Positions 57,397 to 64,000 of a stretch of DNA of 64,000 bases are shown here, one piece after another. Position numbers and translations under genes: made by a program. The stretch is taken from the IMG/VR virus record IMGVR_UViG_3300043399_000272, positions 196,149 to 260,148 of that record, one strand, 5' to 3'. Each line of letters starts with the position of its first letter. Within the stretch, counting starts at the first letter, position 1. Below the pieces are notes generated by a model that did no database searches, had not been told where the DNA came from, and worked only from the letters and a program-made list of their open reading frames with translations.

Positions 57397-58485
57397 ATGC
57401 TTTTAAAAGAATTAGATAATTTTAAATTAAGTGATGCCCTATATTTTCACAAAAACCTGAATCCTGCTATTTTTGACGGGGATAATATGAACCCTGAAGT
57501 AAGGGAGCAGTTATTGACTATTGCTCAGGATTTTATAGAACATTTAGGCATATCCAACTTAGAAGTTAAAGATATTACTATCTCGGGAAGTAATGCTGCA
57601 TATTCCTACACTCGTCACAGTGATCTTGATTTACATATATTAGTTGACATGAATCAGTTCAACAACGATGACGTATATAGAGAATTGTTTGATGCTAAAA
57701 AGACTATATATAACGACCAACATGATATCAAAATAAATGACATTGACGTTGAATTATATGTACAAGACACAAATCAGCCCGTGATTAGTTTGGGAGAATA
57801 TTCAGTATTAAACGATAAATGGATTCGTCTGCCTAGAAAACACAGAGCAAATTTTGATCAAGCAGCAACTAAGTTAAAGTTTGAGAAAATTGCGAAACTA
57901 GCTGAATACGCCATTAAATCTAACAACTACGAAAAGATTAGTAGTGTTCTAAAGACTATCAAAAAGTATCGACAAGCCGGATTAGACTTAAATGGTGAGT
58001 TTGGCCCTGAAAATTTAGCATTTAAAGCATTGCGTAGTAAGGGTATTATTAAAAAGTTATATGAAAAATTAGATGACTTGCATAGTCGAGAATTAAGTTT
58101 ACCTGAAGATGCTCAATCTGGTTCCTTAAACAAACCTACGTTAAACGTAGTTGATTTAGCTAGGTTACATAAAGTAACTAAAGAACATATACAGAATCAA
58201 CTTAAATTAGGCATCAAAGTTGAAATGGAACATACAAGTAAATACGAAGTTGCAAAAGAAATTGCACTAGACCATTTAAAAGAAGATCCTAATTATTACT
58301 CAAAACTACATAAAGTTGGTCTAGAAGAATCTTCCGGGTATATCCCCAGTGAAAAAGAAAAAAATGATCCTAGATTTAAAACTGCACTAACAGTTGATGT
58401 AAAGCCTGATGCCATCGAAAAGAATGCAAAGGCTTTTGGCTTTAAAGTTACTAGGGCAGGTATTCCTCCATTGCTAAGAAAATAA
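57397..58485 (+). CDS. Pol-beta-superfamily nucleotidyltransferase with extra C-terminal modules
   Basis: GSNA.Y.Y...SDLDLH, VELYVQD, EF..ENL.FK.LR; C-terminal GIKVE.EH...IALDHL.E.P.YY. Confidence 0.75.
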   Translation: MLLKELDNFKLSDALYFHKNLNPAIFDGDNMNPEVREQLLTIAQDFIEHLGISNLEVKDITISGSNAAYSYTRHSDLDLHILVDMNQFNNDDVYRELFDAKKTIYNDQHDIKINDIDVELYVQDTNQPVISLGEYSVLNDKWIRLPRKHRANFDQAATKLKFEKIAKLAEYAIKSNNYEKISSVLKTIKKYRQAGLDLNGEFGPENLAFKALRSKGIIKKLYEKLDDLHSRELSLPEDAQSGSLNKPTLNVVDLARLHKVTKEHIQNQLKLGIKVEMEHTSKYEVAKEIALDHLKEDPNYYSKLHKVGLEESSGYIPSEKEKNDPRFKTALTVDVKPDAIEKNAKAFGFKVTRAGIPPLLRK

Positions 58486-58497
58486 TAAGGATAAGAG

Positions 58498-60885
58498 ATG
58501 GCAACAGATCCAAGAACAATAATAAATGATAATGAGGATGCTGCGTTAAATCCAAGTGGTGTGGTGCCAGTATCGGCCCCCAACACTAACGCCACACTGC
58601 AAACAGTAACAGTTCAATACACTACTCCTCCGTATTACGGAGTACAAGACTTGCAAATTATAAATGATCCAGGTGGCAATACTGACGGTGCAATTCAATT
58701 CAATGCTAGTAATAGATTCGGCGGTGACGGTAATCTTCGTTGGGATAACAAAAATAAAACATTAAATGTTTCGGGTAACATTAGACTAACAGGTGAGCTA
58801 CAAGGTAGAATTTACACATCTACTGCCAAATTCAAACTATACGGCGGAGTAGCTAATTATGTTTTGAGTACAGACGGAAACGGTAACTTATCTTGGGTAG
58901 ATGTTGCAGATTCAACGTACGGTAATAGTAATGTAGCAGCATACTTAGCTAATTATACAGGTAATGTTAATGCAAGTAATATTAATGTATCTGATACCGC
59001 GTATTTGTACAATATATCAAGCACAGGTACAGCGACAATTACTAACCTGGTGATTCATTCTACCGGGACTGCTAACTTAGGACCACTATCAAATATTAAA
59101 ATTTCAGGTGGCTCTAATGGACAATTTTTAAGTACAGACGGTAATGGTAACTTATCTTGGGTTAACATAAGCAATGCTAATTATGCAACTTATTCAGGAA
59201 CTGCTAACGTAGCTAACAGCGTTTCGGTGGCAAATGTTACTGGTATAGGAAATATTGCAACTACTAACTATGATGGCAACGCAAGCAATGTATTACATGG
59301 TGACGGTACGTGGAGTCCTACACCAACTAGCGTAGCTAATGCCAACTACGCTAATACTGCAAACATAGCGAATGTTTCTTATTCTATTGACGGTGCTAAT
59401 GTCAATGGAACAGTAGCCAACGCAAACTATGCTATCTACTCAGGTACAGCAAACACTGCTAATTCAGTAGCAGTAGGAAACGTGACTGGCATCGGTAATA
59501 TTGCTACATTAAATTTAGATGGCAATGCAAGCAACATACTATATGGTAATGGTGTATTTGCGGCTGCTCCTAGTGGCGGTGGGTATGGTAATAGTAATGT
59601 CGCATCTTTCCTAGCAAGTTTTGGATCTAATACAATCACTACTACAGGTAACGTAAGCGTTGGTAACATCACTGCTACTAACCTAGGTAATATAAGCAGC
59701 ATAAACAAAGACGGCAACGCAAGCAATATTCTCTATGGTAATGGAGTATTTGCTGCACCCACAACACCGGCAGCTGCTGGCAGCAATACACAAGTTACAT
59801 TTAATGATGCTAACGTATCAAATGGCAGTAGTAGTTTCACATATAATAAAACTACAGGTACATTAACAGTACTGGGTGTGGCTAATACTGGTATTAGTGC
59901 AGGTGACTTTGGTGTTGTAAGTACTGAATTACCAAATACAGTAGTAAGTTTCACAGCTAATGTTAACAGTTATACCCAAGTAACACTACAGAACAAGAAT
60001 ACAGGTGCTGATGCTACAGCAGATTATATATTGACCGCAGATAACGGCACTGATACAGTTAATTACTTAGACTTGGGTATTATTAATAGCGGTTATGATG
60101 CTAATACTCCAACTAATAGTTTAGGAAACATAGTTTATGCTGCTGACAGTTACTTATATGCTCAAGGTAATGTGAGCAATACAAGTCAGCCAGGTGGTAA
60201 CTTAGCAATTGGTACAACTGTTGCTGGCAAATCTGTTAAGATTTTTGCAGGTGGCACCAGTAACTCAAACATCGTTGCTAATATTTCTAATACAGGTGTT
60301 GCAGTTACTGGTAATTTAACTACCACAATTAATGTAATTGCTACAGGAAATGTTAGTGGAAGTACATTAATTTCTACGAACGCATCAGGAGACGAAGGTG
60401 GCGAACTTCAATTAGCTAAAGCACCAAACAGTACATTATCTGGTAATATTATTGTAGATTCCTACATAAACAGAGTACGAGTATTTGACGGGGGCGGCAC
60501 AAATCGCGGAATGTATTTTGATATCGCTAATAGTCCAGCAGGCGTAGGTGCAGCAGTGGGTTATCGTGATATTCCTCAAGTTACTTTCTCAGGTAATGCA
60601 ACATTGGCAGCAACAGATGCAGGTAAACATTATTATTCTCAATTGTCTACTGCGAACACACTAACGATACCTAACAATGCAAGTGTTTCATTTAGTACTG
60701 GTGCAACTATAAACATTATAAATCAAGGAACAGGAAATATAACTATCGCTCAGGGAACAGGTGTTTCATTGTATTTGGCTGGTAATTCTACTAGTGCTAA
60801 TAGAACACTCACTTCGTACGGTATAGCATCTATAACCAAAGTTTCAACTGATACCTGGTTTATATCTGGAGTGGGGTTGTTATAA
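58498..60885 (+). CDS. tail fibre-like protein
   Basis: Repeated LSTDGNGNLSWV and GNASN(I/V)L.G.G; C-terminal TDAGK...TIP...F..G...W.ISG.L. Confidence 0.75.
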   Translation: MATDPRTIINDNEDAALNPSGVVPVSAPNTNATLQTVTVQYTTPPYYGVQDLQIINDPGGNTDGAIQFNASNRFGGDGNLRWDNKNKTLNVSGNIRLTGELQGRIYTSTAKFKLYGGVANYVLSTDGNGNLSWVDVADSTYGNSNVAAYLANYTGNVNASNINVSDTAYLYNISSTGTATITNLVIHSTGTANLGPLSNIKISGGSNGQFLSTDGNGNLSWVNISNANYATYSGTANVANSVSVANVTGIGNIATTNYDGNASNVLHGDGTWSPTPTSVANANYANTANIANVSYSIDGANVNGTVANANYAIYSGTANTANSVAVGNVTGIGNIATLNLDGNASNILYGNGVFAAAPSGGGYGNSNVASFLASFGSNTITTTGNVSVGNITATNLGNISSINKDGNASNILYGNGVFAAPTTPAAAGSNTQVTFNDANVSNGSSSFTYNKTTGTLTVLGVANTGISAGDFGVVSTELPNTVVSFTANVNSYTQVTLQNKNTGADATADYILTADNGTDTVNYLDLGIINSGYDANTPTNSLGNIVYAADSYLYAQGNVSNTSQPGGNLAIGTTVAGKSVKIFAGGTSNSNIVANISNTGVAVTGNLTTTINVIATGNVSGSTLISTNASGDEGGELQLAKAPNSTLSGNIIVDSYINRVRVFDGGGTNRGMYFDIANSPAGVGAAVGYRDIPQVTFSGNATLAATDAGKHYYSQLSTANTLTIPNNASVSFSTGATINIINQGTGNITIAQGTGVSLYLAGNSTSANRTLTSYGIASITKVSTDTWFISGVGLL

Positions 60886-62351
60886 TGGCTGGTATATTAA
60901 TGCCCATTATGGCAATTGCTGGTCAAGGAGGTATTATAGTACCTAGTGAAATTCCAAACTTGAACCTTTGGTACGATGCATCCGTTAGTGACGCTGCGTA
61001 TATACAATCACCGGGTGGTACTGCTCCCACTAACGGCGGTCCTGTTAAAGCTCTAATTGATAAAATGGGTTTTGGACGAAACGTTGACCAAGCAGCATCC
61101 AACCGTCAACCGCTTTGGCGCGCCAATCAACAAAATGGTTTAGGTACTATACAATTTGACGGAATTAATGATACTTTCACCTTAAATCCAATAGCATGGG
61201 CTTTGAGTTTACCTGGACAGACTACTTTTATTGTTGTTAAATTAGCTGCACAAGCGAATCAAATGCACGTGATGGCAACTAATACGGGCGGTTTCACATT
61301 TAACTTGAATGGTACTAACTGGGCAGTAGAAACTGGTGGCGGAATAGCATCAAGTAGTCAAGGCAGTGATACAACTAATTATCACTATATGGGTATGATT
61401 TTTGATGGTAGTCAAACTAATGCAGATATAACTACTCAGAATAATTTACGGGTGAGGTTCAGATATGACGGAGTACCGCAAACACTCACGTTCAGTGCCA
61501 ACGCCAATACCACTACATCAGCATCTGCAAATACATTAAACATTGGTTCAGATGACGCAGGAAACGCCAACTTCCTTAATGGATATATAGGCGAAATGAT
61601 GATCTGGACTAGAACATTAACTGCTACTGAAATTTCGCAAGTAGAAAACTATTTAAAGACTAAGTGGGGCATTACTAATCCAGTTACAAGTAATTTAGTG
61701 TTATCATATAATCCAGCAGTTTCTACAAGTTACGCAGGCTCCGGCACTACTATAAACAGTTTAGTATCACCTAACTTACCGGGTACATTAAGTAACATTA
61801 CATATACTACTCCTTATTTTAGCTATAATGGTAGCACCTCACAAGTAAGTATTGCAGACAATGCTGCACTAGAACCTGGATCAGGTAATTGGACTATGGA
61901 AGTATGGTTCAATGCTGCTTCAACATCAGGAAGTACAGTTATTCTAGGTAAATTCAATAATGGTGGTATGGCAGCACATGTTTCTTATTCTATCAGAACT
62001 TCAAGTGCTAGTCTCTTTGCCCAGATAGGTGATGGGACAGGAGCATTTGTAAATTCTACTAGTTATACTTTCTCTACAAATACTTGGTATCAGGTTGTTT
62101 ATGTTTGGCAAAACGGTGCAACTAAAACATTAACTACGTATATAAACGGCACAAATATAGGAACAGTATCTCATACTTTATCAAGTATACTAAATTCAAC
62201 AAATCCGCTGTATCTAGGACGTTACAACGGGGGTGAATACGCACAAAACTTTAACGGAAGAATTGGTATAACAAGATTGTATAATAGCACTTTGTCAGCA
62301 GCAGAAGTATTGCAGAACTATAATGCATCTAGGTCAACATACGGTCTATGA
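60885..62351 (+). CDS. LamG/concanavalin-A-like lectin domain virion protein
   Basis: LWYDAS, FDG.ND, GYIGE, WTMEVW, WYQVV, YING, FNGRIG..R.YN..LS..EV.QNY. Confidence 0.8.
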   Translation: MAGILMPIMAIAGQGGIIVPSEIPNLNLWYDASVSDAAYIQSPGGTAPTNGGPVKALIDKMGFGRNVDQAASNRQPLWRANQQNGLGTIQFDGINDTFTLNPIAWALSLPGQTTFIVVKLAAQANQMHVMATNTGGFTFNLNGTNWAVETGGGIASSSQGSDTTNYHYMGMIFDGSQTNADITTQNNLRVRFRYDGVPQTLTFSANANTTTSASANTLNIGSDDAGNANFLNGYIGEMMIWTRTLTATEISQVENYLKTKWGITNPVTSNLVLSYNPAVSTSYAGSGTTINSLVSPNLPGTLSNITYTTPYFSYNGSTSQVSIADNAALEPGSGNWTMEVWFNAASTSGSTVILGKFNNGGMAAHVSYSIRTSSASLFAQIGDGTGAFVNSTSYTFSTNTWYQVVYVWQNGATKTLTTYINGTNIGTVSHTLSSILNSTNPLYLGRYNGGEYAQNFNGRIGITRLYNSTLSAAEVLQNYNASRSTYGL

Positions 62352-62382
62352 CAGGTAATTTTATAAACATAAATGCGATATT

Positions 62383-62405
62383 AAAAGCCCTTAAAGGGGC
62401 TTTTT
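62383..62405 (+). terminator. Rho-independent terminator
   Basis: AAAAGCCCTT-AA-AGGGGCTTTTT. Confidence 0.8.
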
Positions 62406-62460
62406 CATTTATAGCTGTTAAAAGATAAAAACGATAAATACTCTAATAGCGGAATTTATT

Positions 62461-64000
62461 ATGAAAATAACCTCACTTTTAGAAGCAATGACGACCCCCG
62501 GGAGCGATCCGGCATCTAATCAGAGCCAACAAGCACCTAGGTTTGGTCGTGATCCTCATGTTTTAGAAGATGATGAAAAATTAGATGAAACTACTACATC
62601 AGGGGCGGTAGCATCAGTAGCCCAACCAATGGGAGCTATGCAACGCCGTGGAAAAGGTAGTATATTTTCGGGTGTAAAAACTAGCAAAAAATTTCCTAAT
62701 AGCCAAGCTGTAAAAGAAGATGTAAATGAGGCTAAGGTTGAAGAAGTTAATCCTGTTGTAAATGCTATTGCACGCCGAATTCTTGGCCAACGTATGGATT
62801 TATTGAAAAAATATGGACCTAAGTACGTAATGCAAGCAATTGATGATGTGTCTGATTCAGTCGGAGAAGTACAAGAAATAGGTTCAAGCGATGTGAGTGG
62901 TTGGGTAATTCAAGTAGAACGTAACTTGAAAAATAAACTTAATCAGTATGATAAACCAATGAGTGTGATAGATAATATTGAAGAAGCACAGAAATGTCCG
63001 CATTGCAACGGTCCTATGTTCAGCGATTTATTGTTAGCTGAAAAGAAAGATGCTTGCTATCACAAAGTTCGCAGTCGCTACAAAGTATGGCCAAGTGCTT
63101 ATGCATCGGGTGCATTAGTTCAGTGCCGTAAAAAAGGTGCTGCTAACTGGGGCAACAAGAGCAAGAACGAAGGTGTGGCGGAAGGCAAGGAAGACAAGGT
63201 TAAGCAACTAAAGCAAGATTATGCTACAGCAGTTCATTGGAGTAAGAATGATACCAATCCGCATAAGCGTGAGGCTGCTCGTCAAAAGGCTGAAAAGATT
63301 AAGCGTCATTTAGAAACACAATACAAACAAGGTGTGGCGGAGGCGGCTGGATTATATGGTCCTTTCACCGTAACCATCAACACAGGTGAGCGTCCTAAAT
63401 CAAGAACAAAAACCAAAAAGTTCCGTCGTGAAGATGATGCTATATTGTGGGCACAAGATTGGTTAGAAGATTTTTCACAATACCCATATGCCTCGGCCGA
63501 AGTCACAGATCCAGATGGCAATGTTGTTTGGACAACTGATGAAGAAGATAGTCCATGGGCACCTGCAAAACAGCAAGGTGTGGCGGAAGAAATAATTCAT
63601 GTAGGTCATCGTAATTCAAAAGGTGATTGGGTTAAGACTAGCACACATAGTAACTATGCTGATGCAGAAGCCGCAATGAAAGAATTAGAAAGACAAGGAA
63701 AAAAAGGTGTCCAACATCGTTATGACAATAAGGGCAACATTGATCCTGGTGCTATGATGACCGCAAGACCTGATACTGGTATGATGGAAGAACAAAATCC
63801 ACACACTAGCGCAATCGGTCGTGCTTTATATCGTGACCTAAGCAAGGAAAAGAAAGCAAGTCCTCAACAAGTTCAGCGTAACAAAGAGCGTTGGGCAAAG
63901 CGTCAGGCTGATATGGTAGGTGATCCTGCTCCACAACATTATCGTGACGAGTTGGCTAAAGATGCCGCAGAGTATAGAAAAAAGCAAGGTGTGGCGGAAG
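62461..64000 (+). CDS. modular polyprotein-like putative internal virion protein (open past the window end, absent from the ORF track)
   Basis: Manual translation shows no stop from ATG 62461 to 64000 (at least 513 codons): MKITSLLEA...DACYHKVRSRYKVWPSAYASGALVQCRK...EGVAEG...QGVAEA...QGVAEE...QGVAE. Late promoter at 62433. Confidence 0.85.
   Translation, partial: MKITSLLEAMTTPGSDPASNQSQQAPRFGRDPHVLEDDEKLDETTTSGAVASVAQPMGAMQRRGKGSIFSGVKTSKKFPNSQAVKEDVNEAKVEEVNPVVNAIARRILGQRMDLLKKYGPKYVMQAIDDVSDSVGEVQEIGSSDVSGWVIQVERNLKNKLNQYDKPMSVIDNIEEAQKCPHCNGPMFSDLLLAEKKDACYHKVRSRYKVWPSAYASGALVQCRKKGAANWGNKSKNEGVAEGKEDKVKQLKQDYATAVHWSKNDTNPHKREAARQKAEKIKRHLETQYKQGVAEAAGLYGPFTVTINTGERPKSRTKTKKFRREDDAILWAQDWLEDFSQYPYASAEVTDPDGNVVWTTDEEDSPWAPAKQQGVAEEIIHVGHRNSKGDWVKTSTHSNYADAEAAMKELERQGKKGVQHRYDNKGNIDPGAMMTARPDTGMMEEQNPHTSAIGRALYRDLSKEKKASPQQVQRNKERWAKRQADMVGDPAPQHYRDELAKDAAEYRKKQGVAE
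63170..63998 (+). repeat. interspersed in-frame direct repeat AAGGTGTGGCGGA x4
   Basis: Identical 13-mers start at 63170, 63329, 63575 and 63986 (periods 159, 246 and 411 nt), with unique sequence between them. Confidence 0.92.

Noticed and set aside
63170-63998. GVAE repeats as a CRISPR array
   Set aside because: The repeat is only 13-16 nt and non-palindromic, the spacers are about 150-400 nt, unequal and in frame, and no cas operon is present.
1-64000. Alternative genetic code, diversity-generating retroelement, or self-splicing introns
   Set aside because: Core genes are intact under the standard code and TGA/TAA are used as stops. No reverse transcriptase, TR/VR pair or interrupted gene was seen.

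Overview
This 64-kb window is part of a large, AT-rich, T4-like (myovirus) phage genome using the standard genetic code and coding mostly on the + strand. It contains five kinds of region. (1) 1-3950: a tightly overlapping array of ~13 paralogous small genes, most ending in F-x-L-R-W. (2) Replication and nucleotide/sugar genes: primase, DnaB-like helicase, clamp loader, two exonucleases, dNMP kinase, MazG, NUDIX, ROK kinase, RmlC and a cytidylyltransferase. (3) Virion genes: gp13/gp14/gp15-like neck, sheath, tube, gp4-like, terminase small subunit, fibres, and a GH19 lysin. (4) Host-type proteostasis genes (GroES, YccA/BI-1, DnaJ, ClpA) plus PhoH. (5) A late cluster of nucleotidyltransferase, ligase-like and glycosyltransferase genes with internal-protein-like N-termini. 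The most unusual observations are these. An ORF missing from the track (62461 to the window end) has unrelated in-frame modules separated by an invariant 13-nt GC-rich repeat, AAGGTGTGGCGGA (x-G-V-A-E), i.e. a cassette-like polyprotein array. A miniature DnaE (Pol III alpha) core is split without an intein into two genes ~35 kb apart, exactly between the FERFL and DxD motifs. In the LRW array the conserved C-terminal codons double as the Shine-Dalgarno of the next gene. Hairpins that occlude ribosome-binding sites and overlap late promoters recur, and many transcripts are predicted to be leaderless. All functional calls come from motif recognition by eye; no database search was run.
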